From: Macrostomum lignano | Lineage: Eukaryota | DNA: 64,000 nucleotides | Assembly (NCBI GenBank): GCA_002269645.1 | Contig: NIVC01000327.1 | Coordinates: 434,001 to 498,000 of the forward strand | Direction of reading: 5' to 3' | In this document: one piece after another, positions 14,301-25,263 of the stretch | Position numbering within the stretch: the first letter of the stretch is position 1 | Layout: each line of letters opens with the position of its first letter | The notes under the pieces: model-generated | Seen by the model: only the letters and a program-made list of their open reading frames with translations | Database searches by the model: none | Told to the model about the DNA's origin: nothing | Position numbers and translations under genes: made by a program

Positions 14301-17300
14301 AATCTCACACAGTGAATGTCAGGGAAGGTCACACAGTGAATGTTAGGGGATGTCACACAGTGAATGTCACACAGTGAATGTCAGTAGATACCTTAAAAAA
14401 TGCACTAATATAATGCAACTGTACTACTTCTAAAATACTACTTGTACGCAACTAAACAGTCAATAAAAGTGTACAACAGAACAAGGTGCAAAGCAGCACA
14501 GAAAGACAATAAAGTTAGTAACTGACACAATCACCTAGATCAGTATCGGTGGTTAAGTGGAATTATTAAAAACGACAAAAATGAAACAAGATATGCCGAT
14601 AAACAGACGCATTAACCTCGTACCAGCGATTCACTGATATTTTGGCATAATTACTAAATCGTATAGGCTGTACTATAACAGATTTTACCTGTCTGAGCTG
14701 TCTCCGTCTTGGTGACAATTTCTGCTAGCCTGCTGAAGTCTTATAATTTTATTTGCAGAAAAAAGCAGAGAAATTAATAAATTAGTTTTATTTACTTCTT
14801 GACTTAAAGTAAATACAATTTGAAAGGAAAGAAATAAATGATAATTACTGAGGATTGAGGTTTGATTGTGGTGCTATCTCAGGTCTGATTTTGGCGCTAT
14901 CTGAGGTTTTATTCTGGTGCTATATGAGGTTTGATTCTGGCGCTATCTGAGGTTTGATTCTGGCGCTATCTGAGGTTTGATTCTGGCGCTATCTGAGGTT
15001 TGATTCTGGCGCTATCTGAGGTTTGATTCTGGCGCTATCTGAGGTTTGATTCTGGCGCTATCTGAGGTTTGATTCTGGCGCTATCTGAGGTTTGATTCTG
15101 GCGCTATCTGAGGTTTGATTCTGGCGCTATCTGAGGTTTGATTCTGGCGCTATATGAGGTTTGATTCTGGCGCTATCTGAGGTTTGATTCTGGCGCTATC
15201 TGAGGTTTGATTCTGGCGCTATCTGAGGTTTGATTTTTGGCGCTATCTGAGGTTTGATTTTTGGCGCTATCTGAGGTTTGATTCTGGCGCTATCTGAGGT
15301 TTGATTTTTGGCGCTATCTGAGGTTTGATTTTTGGCGCTATCTGAGGTTTGATTTTTGGCGCTATCTGAGGTTTGATTTTTGGCGCTATCTGAGGTTTTT
15401 TGCGCTATTTGAGTTTAGTTTTTGGTCCTGTGTCTAAAATTCTTGCGTTTTAAAAGTGAGACGAAAGTAGTTTCATACTAAAGATTGCAACTGGATACAA
15501 AAAAACAAAAAGTGCGAAAAGGGAATTAACAACATGATACAGGTGACAATACAAGAAAATAATGTGTATTAAGCCAATAGAAAGACAAACAGTAAATCGA
15601 AGAACTCACCTGGCGTTGCGTTCTCGTCAGCTTCGTTAACGGCGGCCACTGAAAATAATTGTTACAATTAAGATTCAGGTTTAATGAAGTGATATTTCAA
15701 TCACTTAGATCACTTAGTGGCAACTGGTTCATGGATGAAATTTAAGCAAATAGAAGATTGAGATGCAGGTTAAATGGGCTAGATTCAGATAACTAGGGTG
15801 AGATTTATGTATATAGGGTAAGATTTAGGTCACTAGAGTGAGATTTAGGTAACTAGGGTGAGATTCATGTAGCTAGGGAGATTCAGGTGACTAGAGTGAG
15901 ATTCAGGTAACTAGGGTGAGATTCGTGTATCTAGGGAGATTCAGGTCACTAGGGTGAGATTCATGTATCTAGGGTGAGATTCAGGTGACTAGAGTGAGAT
16001 TCATTGAGATTTATGTAGCTAGGGAGATTCAGATAGTTAGGCTGAGATTCATGCATCTAGGGTAAGATTTAGGTCACTAGAGTGAGATTCAGGTGACTAG
16101 AGTGAGATTCATTGAGATTTATGTAGCTAGGGAGATTCAGATATATAGGGTGAGATTCAGATAAGTAGGGTGAGATTCAGGTAACTAGGGTGAGATTCAT
16201 GCATCTAAGGTGAGATTCAGGTCACTAGAGTGAGATTCAGGTAACTAGGGTGAGATTCATTGAGATTTATGTGGCTAGGGAGATTCAGATAATTAGGGTG
16301 AGATTCAGATAAGTAGGGTGAGATTCATGCATCTAGGGTGAGATTCAGGTGATTAGAGTGAGATTCAGGTAACTAGGGTGAGATTCATGTATCTAGGGAG
16401 ATTCAGGTCACTAAGGGTGAAATTCAGGTATCTAGGGTGAGATTCAGGTGACTAGAGTGAGATTCATTGAGATTTATGTGGCTAGGGAGATTCAGATAAT
16501 TAGGGTGAGATTCAGATAAGTAGGGTGAGATTCAGATAAGTAGGGTGAGATTCATGCATCTAGGGTGAGATTCAGGTTATTAGAGTGAGATTCAGGTAAC
16601 TAGGGTGAGATTCATGTATCTAGGGAGATTCAGGTCACTAAGGGTGAAATTCAGGTATCTAGGGTGAGATTCAGGTGACTAGAGTGAGATTCATTGAGAT
16701 TTATGTGGCTAGGGAGATTCAGATAATTAGGGTGAGATTCAGATAAGTAGGGTGAGATTCAGATAAGTAGGGTGAGATTCAGATAAGTAGGGTGAGATTC
16801 AGATAAGTAGGGTGAGATTCATGCATCTAGGGTGAGATTCAGGTCACTAGAGTGAGATTCAGGTAACTAGGGTGAGATTCATGTATCTAGGGAGATTCAG
16901 GTCACTTGGATGAGATTCAGGTAACTAGGGTGAGATTTATGTAGCTAGGGTGATTCAGGTAATTAGGGTGAGATTCAGATAAGTAGGGTGAGACTCAGGA
17001 ATCCTGGGTGAGATTCGGTAACTAGGTGACATTCAGGTGTCATTCCACTAGGGGTGATTCAGTGTCATTCCATCTCACTATTATTCTGCTGATGATTTCT
17101 ACGTCGTCTGCGTTTCTTTCGCGAGCCGCTAGCCGCAGAGGAGGGCACGTGCACTCCAATGTACATGGTCTTGCCGCCGCCTCCGCTGCCCCCGCCGCCG
17201 CCTAGTATAGGCATGCATCGGTGAGTCTCAGCCTCCTCAAACACACGCTGACCTCCGCTGTGACGTGAAGCGGCAGGAATAGGCTCCTCTCGTTCGGACA

Positions 17301-17301
17301 T
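511..17301 (-). CDS. SLC4: SLC4-family Na+-coupled bicarbonate transporter (SLC4A7/8/10-, Ndae1-, abts-1-like); 13 exons, 3651 nt CDS, ~1216 aa
   Basis: Hand-spliced exons: 17301-17079, 15648-15610, 12374-12195, 9389-9249, 9163-8930, 8223-7823, 7395-7221, 7074-6637, 5908-5752, 4753-3833, 3057-2851, 2057-1626, 613-511. All introns are GT-AG, phases are compatible and the total length is divisible by 3. Family motifs: [142 protein letters not shown]. Confidence 0.95.
650..1605. repeat. 22-bp minisatellite (two alternating variants), SLC4 intron 12
   Basis: GTGTCCGAGAGATAATGGACTA / GTGTCCGAGTGACAATAGATAG. Confidence 0.95.
1626..2057 (-). CDS. SLC4: SLC4 exon 12
   Basis: [18 protein letters not shown]...FPVMVLAM...[10 protein letters not shown]; donor GG|gtatgt. 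Confidence 0.92.
2129..2800. repeat. 31-bp minisatellite, intron 11
   Basis: TGGCCCAGCAACTGGGGATCTGGGAGGTGGA. Confidence 0.95.
2851..3057 (-). CDS. SLC4: SLC4 exon 11
   Basis: [19 protein letters not shown]...[15 protein letters not shown]. Confidence 0.96.
3210..3665. repeat. 23-bp minisatellite, intron 10
   Basis: GAATTCTCCCAGAATTCCCCATT. Confidence 0.95.
3833..4753 (-). CDS. SLC4: SLC4 exon 10
   Basis: [23 protein letters not shown], a Cys-containing extracellular loop, then ...[25 protein letters not shown]. Confidence 0.96.
4900..5690. repeat. 24-bp minisatellite, intron 9
   Basis: AAACCCAAATAAACACCCCAGTTT. Confidence 0.95.
5752..5908 (-). CDS. SLC4: SLC4 exon 9
   Basis: [16 protein letters not shown]...[12 protein letters not shown]...AFDLSALVK. 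Confidence 0.95.
6075..6515. repeat. CT-rich ~22-24-bp minisatellite, intron 8
   Basis: TCTCTCTCATCTATCTCATAGT. Confidence 0.93.
6637..7074 (-). CDS. SLC4: SLC4 exon 8
   Basis: Gly/Ser linker, then [25 protein letters not shown]...[14 protein letters not shown]...SGQPLTIL. Confidence 0.93.
7221..7395 (-). CDS. SLC4: SLC4 exon 7
   Basis: [31 protein letters not shown]. Confidence 0.95.
7432..7812. repeat. 40-bp minisatellite, intron 6
   Basis: GGTGACTGAGATAAGAACACAGCGAGAGCGGAGTGGGGTG. Confidence 0.95.
7823..8223 (-). CDS. SLC4: SLC4 exon 6
   Basis: [17 protein letters not shown]...[18 protein letters not shown]...[23 protein letters not shown]. Confidence 0.95.
8330..8875. repeat. (CA)n tract and ~21-23-bp minisatellite, intron 5
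   Basis: TCCGATTCACACACACTCTAA variants. Confidence 0.93.
8930..9163 (-). CDS. SLC4: SLC4 exon 5
   Basis: [22 protein letters not shown]...HLHLHEKK...[11 protein letters not shown]. Confidence 0.93.
9249..9389 (-). CDS. SLC4: SLC4 exon 4
   Basis: [46 protein letters not shown]; not shown in the ORF track. Confidence 0.95.
9450..9965. repeat. 27-bp minisatellite, intron 3
   Basis: GAGTGTACATTAGGGTAGGAGGGGACT. Confidence 0.93.
10150..10446. mobile_element. 297-bp MITE, hAT-like (14-bp TIR, 8-bp TSD)
   Basis: TIR CATACATGCGCAAC (10150-10163) / GTTGCGCATGTATG (10433-10446); AACAGTAG duplicated on both flanks (10142-10149, 10447-10454). Confidence 0.85.
10277..10340 (+). pseudogene. Degenerate 28S rRNA fragment (helix 69-71 / R2 target region) inside the MITE
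   Basis: 50 of 64 positions match, ungapped, the conserved eukaryotic LSU segment GGGTAAACGGCGGGAGTAACTATGACTCTCTTAAGGTAGCCAAATGCCTCGTCATCTAATTAGT (reference recalled from memory). Confidence 0.8.
10890..11820. repeat. Telomere-like G-rich hexamer array, intron 3
   Basis: Mixed TTAGGG/TTTGGG/TGTGGG/TGTAGG units, with a 60-bp higher-order period from ~11400. Confidence 0.9.
12195..12374 (-). CDS. SLC4: SLC4 exon 3
   Basis: ...[36 protein letters not shown]; aacag| acceptor and |gtaatg donor. Confidence 0.9.
12560..12783 (-). mobile_element. tRNA-derived SINE with CORE-like body
   Basis: Minus strand: A-box-like TAGCCTAGTGG, B-box GGTTCGATT, then GTGTCCTTAAGAAATACACTTGAC...CACCCAGCTG. The 3' boundary is approximate. 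Confidence 0.6.
13095..14382. repeat. 24-bp minisatellite with higher-order structure, intron 2
   Basis: GTCACACAGTGAATGTCAGGGAAT; variant blocks recur at 192-bp and 662-bp spacing. Confidence 0.95.
14855..15410. repeat. 23-bp minisatellite, intron 2
   Basis: TTTGATTCTGGCGCTATCTGAGG. Confidence 0.95.
15610..15648 (-). CDS. SLC4: SLC4 exon 2 (39-nt microexon)
   Basis: tttcag|TGGCC...CCAG|gtgagt; (M)[12 protein letters not shown]; phase 1 at both ends. Confidence 0.75.
15780..17040. repeat. ~20-bp minisatellite, intron 1
   Basis: GAGATTCAGGTAACTAGGGT variants. Confidence 0.95.
17079..17301 (-). CDS. SLC4: SLC4 exon 1 (coding)
   Basis: MSEREEP...[10 protein letters not shown]...RKKRRRRR; donor AATA|gtgaga, phase 1. 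An upstream non-coding or alternative exon cannot be excluded. Confidence 0.85.
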
Positions 17302-17809
17302 TTGTTTGGACAGTTGGAAAAAAAGCTTTCAAGTCGTGGCTTCAACAACAAAACAGCAACAGCAGAGTGAATGCGCAAGCAAACTTTAACGGGGGTTGAT
17401 GTTGATTATAAAAATAACTGGGCACTGCTAATTCTTGCATATTTAACTAACTGCAGGTCCATTGGATCAGAAAATTCTACAAAATAAGAGCCAATACAAA
17501 ATTGCGCAGAATTCAATGCAGAGCGCCTTTTTTAACGCATTAAAATTGCGCCAACAAGCTGGAAGAACCTTTCAAATCTCTCAACATACAACTGCGCAGT
17601 ACAAATACGAACTATAACCGACATTGGGCAAACAAACCTTATATTGAGAAGCAATTACTAAAGTAGTCGAAATTCGAACTCAGACCAAACACTAGAAGGG
17701 CGAGGAGTTTTACAATCATTCATCTGATAAGCATATTGCAAGCACGCCTGGATAATTCTGCAAGTTGCTTAACGTTTTATTAGTTTAGGGCGCAAATTTC
17801 GTGTTGCAC

Positions 17810-18690
17810 TAGCGTCACATTTGTGATCTTTTAGTTTGCACTTGTGTCACATCTGTGGTCTCTTAGTGTGCGCTTGTGTCACATCTGTGGTCTCTTTGTG
17901 TGCGCTTGTGTCACATCTGTGGTCTCTTTGTGTGCGCTTGTGTCACATCTGTGGTCTCTTTGTGTGCGCTTGTGTCACATCTGTGGTCTCTTAGTGTGCA
18001 CTTGTGTCACATTTGTGATCTTTTAGTGTGGGCTTGTGTCACATTTGTGATCTTTTAGTGTGTGCTTATGTCAAATCTGTGGTCAATCAGTGTGCACTTG
18101 TGTCACATTTGTGGTCTCTTAGTGTGCGCTTGTGTCACATTTGTGGTCTCTTAGTGTGCGCTTGTGTCACATTTGTGGTCTCTTAGTGTGGGCTTGTGTC
18201 ACATTTGTGATCTTTTAGTGTGTGCTTATGTCAAATCTGTGGTCAATCAGTGTGCACTTGTGTCACATTTGTGGTCTCTTAGTGTGCGCTTGTGTCACAT
18301 CTGTGGTCTCTTAGTGTGCGCTTGTGTCACATTTGTGGTCTCTTAGTGTGCGCTTGTGTCACATTTGTGGTCTCTTAGTGTGGGCTTGTGTCACATTTGT
18401 GATCTTTTAGTGTGTGCTTATGTCAAATCTGTGGTCAATCAGTGTGCACTTGTGTCACATTTGTGGTCTCTTAGTGTGCGCTTGTGTCACATCTGTGGTC
18501 TCTTAGTGTGCGCTTGTGTCACATCTGTGGTCTCTTAGTGTGCGCTTGTGTCACATCTGTGGTCTCTTAGTGTGCGCTTGTGTCACATCTGTGGTCTCTT
18601 AGTGTGCGCTTGTGTCACATCTGTGGTCTCTTAGTTTGCACTTGCGTCACATCTGTGGTCTCTTAGTGTGCACTTGTGTCACATCTGTGG
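17810..18690. repeat. 32-bp minisatellite upstream of SLC4
   Basis: CTTGTGTCACATCTGTGGTCTCTTAGTGTGCG. Confidence 0.95.
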
Positions 18691-21600
18691 GTGCTTGCTA
18701 TTTTTCAGCATACATCAGCATATATCCCAACATATATGACAATAGAAAATTTTCAGCTAACATCTACCTGTGTATATGTTAGGATCAAATAAAGTGACTT
18801 TACATAGAACATACTATACTACATGCGACTAGTAGCACAACCATAAATTTTTTGAGGGGGAGGGCAGATTCTGGAGGGTAAAGTCCCAGGAAGGGGGCAG
18901 AGGGGTGGCTCTGGTTTTGGCAAAAATTTGCTTGGTTCCCCCTTTGATTTTTTTGGGGTCTCTGCCTAAGATGAAAGTGCAACCACCCCACCTCTCCTGG
19001 TTGCACCATTGCATGCAACACTGTCAATATGGAATACAAGGAATAAAAAGAAGAATTTTAAACTTTTGCCCAAAAATGTTCTTTTCCTTAATTTTTTAGC
19101 AACTAAAAACTATTTTAAATATTATTTTATAATTTTCTTCTTAGTATACGTTGCAAAACTGCTAACTTTAGGTTTGTTATTCTGCATGAATAATGAATTC
19201 AAAATAAAAAAAGCATACAACTTTGGCATTCATAGTTAAAAGCATTTTTAGTCTCAGCATGCAAACATGGTCCTGCATTTACTCCCACTGGACCTAGCAT
19301 ACACTAATACAGGATGCAAACTATGGCTTGAATCATTTGATTAGGCCTAAATATATTAGCTATATACAAGGACTATTTAAAGCATATATATTAAAATTAA
19401 AAAAGATATAATAATAAAGTCAATCATGAAGTCTAGATCAAAAATAATAGTTTCAAGAAAATGAAAAATTCCATTTTTCTTTATTATTTCTATCTTACTA
19501 GTCTATTAATAGGCCAAGTATAAATAAAATTGCTATAATATCAATTTAAAAATATTATATTTTATATATTATTACACTTACTTTGGAATGAGGTTTCTAA
19601 AATCTTTCTAAAACTAAAAGTATAATTTGTATTTGTATTAAAAGTAGATTTATGCTATCAACACTAATAACAAATAGCCTATTAGTAGATATACTCAAGC
19701 TTAAGCAAATATATAATACCAAATTGATAATAAATTAAACACTATTTTATTAATCAACTTTTAGAAATTTGCAGATTGTTTTATTATGATATTAATTAGA
19801 AATTTTAGTACTACTAGACTTTATTATTTATATTACCTACCTAACTACCTTATATTACTTACCTACTTTAATGATATTGGTCTCTACTATTTATAGGTAA
19901 TTTAATTCTTTATATTCAATAAATACAATAAGGGCATTATATCTTACAATCTAAATGTTTTGTGCATCTTTGCTATGTCATTCTATACAATGATATATAT
20001 ATATATATATAGGCCCTACCTTTTGTTTTAAATAAGTATGATTTATAGGCTTTTACTTTATTATGAAATAGGGTTATTTTTTAGAATTGTTTTCCTAGAA
20101 AGTATTACATTTGAAATTAAACTACTTTGTTTTAATGTGTATAATATTAGTAATATTGTGACTATTATAAATATTAGAAAATTTTATTTGTTTTAAACCA
20201 TGCTGAAAAGGGGTATAAATATACTAGGCCTAGCTACTAGCAAGAGAAGAGGCAACTTACTATTGTACTAGCTTAAAATTTGTTCTAGTATCTTAAATTG
20301 AAGCTTGAGTAAAACTTACTAACTTAGTTATTTAGAAGCATCAAAAGCCCTAAGATTGGGAGGATTCAATCCATTCTTACAAAATGAGACATCCAGATTT
20401 AGAATCTAAGAAATTGCCTTAGAAGGCAGAAATCCTACCATAAGGTAGAGTAATCTAAACTCAGAGTCTAAGAAACCTGCCTCACCTCAGGGCAGAGTAC
20501 CTAGCAAATAAGCTGTGACCCTTTGATCACAGGAATGCCTAGGAATGAGAGAATAAAAAACCTTAATGTAAGAAGCATAAGAGATATAAGAATAAGGTAG
20601 ATTAGGGGTTGCAAATAGGGTGTAATTTACACCCTGAAATTTGGATTTGCACCCACTTTTTTTCATTGGATGCAACTCTTGTATCTATATTTTTTGAGAT
20701 CAGGATGCACGCAAGTCATTTTTTAGCAAAAGTTACAAACAAAACATCATGCATAAATATACTGTTTTAATACTTTTTTGAATCTTCATTGAATACTTTC
20801 CCTAAATTCAGACCTAGATGCAAGTTGCATCCTAGTTTTCATATTTTTATCCATTTTTAAGCTTGAGATGCAATCTTGCATCCATATTTTTGGTAGAAAA
20901 AAACCCTAGGGTAGATAGTACCATAAGACTGCTCAGGCCAAAAGTATAATATATATACATATGCTACCAGTAGATAAATACATATGCTACTAGTAGATAT
21001 ATACACTGCTAGAAGTACAACATCTATAAAAGTACAAGTATTATAGCACTATTAGAACTTTGGTGTCAGCAGCAAAATAAATTAGATAGAGAGCAATCAG
21101 CACTGTTACGAATTTGATAGCAGCTTAAGGATATTTAGAGTAAGAAGTAGAAAAAGTAGCCCTAGCACAATTAAAATATGATACTATAAAATTAAAAAAA
21201 CATATCAATATAACAAATGTAATATAACATCTATAGTTTCCTAGAAAGGCAAACTAGAATACCAAAGTAGCAATAATCCAAGAAATAAAAAGCATAGATA
21301 ACTTTACTTTTGCTTGATATTTTGTATTTTAATTTCTTTGTCATTATCAAGAATATTAGGCCCTATTTAGGCTTGCATTAAATTGCATTTTTTATCCTAC
21401 CATTATTATTTTTATATATAACTTTATAAAAAGTGACAAATTCTACTGAATACTAACTAAAATATACACTGACTAAGTAAAAAGTTGACCATCTCATGAT
21501 CTCACTCATTGAAGAAGTATGTTTATTTCTCAAGTGCAATTCAAGGATCAACATTGAAACCTAATCCTTGACATTGTCACCTAGCCTATTTTTTGTTTTA

Positions 21601-22129
21601 TTGTGACAAAGCCAATTTTAAAATAATGTCGAAATGATATTTTCTTTTTCTATTATATGACATGTTCGGATGAACTTTAACTGTTTTTTATATATGATAT
21701 CAGTTCTTGTTAGGCCTAGTTACGATATTTTTTTTATTTACCTACTAAAATAAGTGGCCCGGGGAAGCAGCCTGTGGCCAATTCAGGTCAATAAACTCGC
21801 TCGATATATATAATGTGAAAAATTTTACATTGCAAGTTTAATAGAAACTAAATTTTCTGAAATCAGTTCTACTAACTTACGTTAATTACTGACTGCTTAT
21901 TAGTAGCCCATAGCTTCTTACGCAGCTGTAAGAAGTCCGTGACGACTGCGAATACGAATATACTTTCAAAATGTTTAAGCTGCTTTTTGACACTATACTA
22001 GGTATTATTTGCTAAAAAATATTTTTGCAGTAAAAATATTTTTAACAGCCACTTTGGCTTGTAAAATTATTGTAGCTACGCAAACAATTTAGACCTTTTT
22101 TTGTTAAGCTAACGCTTTTAAAGCCGAGG

Positions 22130-22678
22130 TGTTATATAGAGCACTTCCATTTTTTCTGCCCCACATAGTGACCTGTTATGGCGACGCTGGTAGCCTAAAG
22201 GCGGGCGGCGCGATCCCGGAGCTCCCGGCCTTTCTTGCTCACCCGCCTGGGCCTCAGTTCCAAGCAGCGAATGGATGTGACTCGGGACACTGGCCCATAG
22301 GACTTGTGTAGGGGTGTTGACAGTTGTAACAGTTAGTTAGCTTTATAGCTTCCCAATGAGTGAACCCGCATGTAATCCGGACTTCTAGATCCGGGGTCCC
22401 ATTTTGCTTGTTGCACTTGGCCTGTGAGGCCCAGGGGGGAAACTTTTCAGATCAGGCCAGTCTGGGCGTCTTATCCAGGTCGACGTCGCTCACCCCTTTT
22501 TCGAGCGAAACCAGCTTGTTTTTTGGTCGCATTTTGCAGGGTGGCTTTCCCACCGGTGTAGCTTATTGCACGTTGCTGCATTTGTTCTTTTAAATAAAGC
22601 GTGCGCCGCTTCGCTCTGTTTCTTTATTTGAACGGCCAGGGAGAGTGTAGTGGCCGCTAGTTTAGTTTAGGCGTCACA
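22130..22678 (+). mobile_element. Putative LTR (TG...CA) followed by a degenerate PBS
   Basis: Starts TGTTAT, has AATAAA near 22593, ends CGTCACA (same ending as the LTR at 37386), and is followed by tagtgtcagcagt. No TSD found. Confidence 0.4.
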
Positions 22679-22699
22679 CTATAGTGTCAGCAGTCCCTC

Positions 22700-22900
22700 G
22701 CCGTCGCCATGGGCTGCCGTCTGCCGCTGGACTTAGCCGACTCCACACCAACCATTGCATTAGGTCGACGACTGCGAGGAATCTGGTCGATAGTGGACAG
22801 TCAAAAGAAGAAATCAAGGCTATGACAGATACGTGGATCGCTTCGTATAAAAGTATAATTGTACAGAAAACGGTCAACGGCGACAAGACGATCCGGCGAC
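22700..22900 (+). pseudogene. Crypton-type tyrosine recombinase fragment
   Basis: AAGLSRLHTNHCIRSTTARNLVDSGQSKEEIKAMT resembles the T-N-H-x-x-R-x-T motif of Crypton/DUF3504 recombinases; frameshifted afterwards. Confidence 0.6.
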
Positions 22901-22959
22901 AGTCAAAGCGGCGACAAGGTGTACATATATGCAGTACTCGAGTAAAGCGCTAGTGAGTA

Positions 22960-23362
22960 CAACAATCTGGATGCTCTTTTCGATAATGTACATGACACAT
23001 TGCTACGGAGCGCTGTTTGGCAGGTGTCCGACCTTAGCGTCTACTAGCAGGCAATGCGCACAAACAATGACACCGCCGAGGGCTGGCATCGATGGCTCAA
23101 TCGTCGTGCGCAACGCGGATGCCTGCAATTTTACCTACTTGTAAAGTTGCTGCATGACGAAAGACGTGTCTGTGAAATGGAAGCGTCGAGGCTGGTTCGC
23201 CAGCAGGGCGTACAGCGTCGAAGGCAGCAGCGCAGCGCTTACCAACGCGTACAGAAGCTGTGCTTCCGTCTGTGGACGGAGTACGCATGCGGCGAGCGCT
23301 CGGCGTTGCAGCTGCTGCAAGCGTGCAGCAAGCTCAACGGGCCTGCAAATGGTCTGAGATGA
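22960..23362 (+). pseudogene. MULE (Mutator) transposase C-terminal fragment
   Basis: SAVWQVSDLSVY*QAMRTNNDTAEGWHRWLNRRAQ...FYLLVKLLHDE; RTNN..EGWH motif; in-frame stop. Confidence 0.8.
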
Positions 23363-25061
23363 GTGATTGGGCTGCTTTTACTGTGCTACAATTATTAGTA
23401 CTTTTTTAAATAGTGCACTTCTTATCAAATTCGATATCGCGGGCTTTGTGACAAAAAGACATTTCTCTTTTCTCGATTCGTTGAGTTGTGGGCCACCCCT
23501 AATGTACACAGCTGCTCAACTAAAATGTACTTGACTGTGTCCATTGGTACACTGTACGCACATGTGTAAAAATAGGTGCAGTCAACAAATGCCTAGGGCG
23601 CACAGATAAAAAACAACTTAGTTCGTTTTGTTTGTATCTACATGTATTGTCGGGTAGATACAAACAAATTTCGCCGGATTGACTGTAAGCCTACATGTAC
23701 ATGCATTCGCATAGCTAGCTACTGTTTTTTGTCCCATTACCGTAATTAATATAAAAGTTAACGTAATAAATTGTTTTAAGCCATACATCGCATCAAGGAT
23801 TCCGACAGCCAGCAGACCAAACGCATCTCTCTGAAAAGATAAAAGACAATATTTCTAATAGTCTCCCAGCCGTCCTACAGGACTCCAAGACTCATTTTAA
23901 TTCGAAGAAAATCGAGTTCAGCATCCTTTAACTACAGCTTAATGAGTTATATCCTAAGGCAAGATATCCAGAAATTGAAATTCCACTGAAAGACTCTATA
24001 CATGGTTTACTTTTTATGGAAACATTAATGCTTACAGGGTCCACCCTTTCGATTAATTAAAAAATCTAATGCAAGTACAAGAAGCTACATGTAAATCAAG
24101 AATATTGATCTATCTATAAAAATTCTAGAAAATTCTATTGAACTAATTTCTAATTAGTTTAATTAAGCTTAAAACTGGCATGCAAGTCCAATACAGCATC
24201 GACTTTGAAGCTTGACTCTGCACTGCTTACACAAATTGTAATTAATTTGCATGTCATGCAAGTCAAAGTGGCCGCGCACACTGAAGCGGCTTCAAATTTA
24301 ATCAATTTCGGTCGATTTCGCGCTCCACAAGGCGGCAAACGAGACAAAATTACGTGTATTGGGCTTCTATATGTGGTGCAAAGTGGGATTGAGAGAAGAG
24401 AATCCAGTGCTGGTTAAAAAGCAGCAGGGCGGCATAAAAACACGCCACAGAGACTGCATGCTGTGGTGAAAAGAACTTCAACTTTCATCAGCAGCAAACA
24501 GTAAGATTGGCTCGTAAAGCTCACTGCATGGCATGTTGCAAAGCAGAAAATCCAATATGGTACGCGGGCATTCTATACTGTTCTGCCGCATCCCCACCGA
24601 GTTAATTAGGCTAGAGGAAGAACCATCGGGCACAGGGACCTTATATATATTCAATACGTGCATACAGCTGCAGGCATACGCTCGGCTGGCCCAGTGTTGG
24701 GTTCAGTAATTGAAATACGTATAGCGGCAGCGAGGAATCTTTGATACACCGCGCGCAGTTGTTAAGACGCCTCGCTCGCGAATTAGACTGCATGGCGACC
24801 AAATTCATCAGCGGGTCAATAAAGACGGAGCCGCGCGCACACGCATGCAGCGGTTGGATAAGCTAGCTGACCAGAATTTTAAAATCAAGCAGAAAAGGGG
24901 CCGAGACGGCGAGATAAGAGAGCTGGAAGAGGATGGGGGTGCATCAGCCAATGGCAAGCGATGACGGGATTTTTTTGTTAAAAACAAGCTTTCATGGGCA
25001 TAAATTGGCACCCAGCTCTCTCTTCAACAAGATTTCTCTCCTATCGCCCTTTTCCGAAAGA

Positions 25062-25263
25062 ATGTCACCAAATACAAAGATTTTGCTTCTGCTTCTTATT
25101 TTAGCATTCGGTATTTGCTGTAGCAAAAAGCAAAAATCTTGGCCGACAACAACGGATGCGCACCTGCAGTTCCTGTTCGACCTGTTGCCAAGGCTTAGCC
25201 ATGGCTCAGACTCGATGTCGAGATTAGGCAACGACAGCATAAGGGCGGTGCGAGCTGAGCTAA
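25062..25263 (+). CDS. TGF-beta ligand exon 1 (signal peptide)
   Basis: Hydrophobic N-terminus; donor CTAA|gtaagt. Confidence 0.8.

Noticed and set aside
2129-18690. Regular 20-40-bp repeats suggesting CRISPR arrays
   Set aside because: The units are contiguous with no unique spacers, there are no cas genes, and the DNA is eukaryotic.
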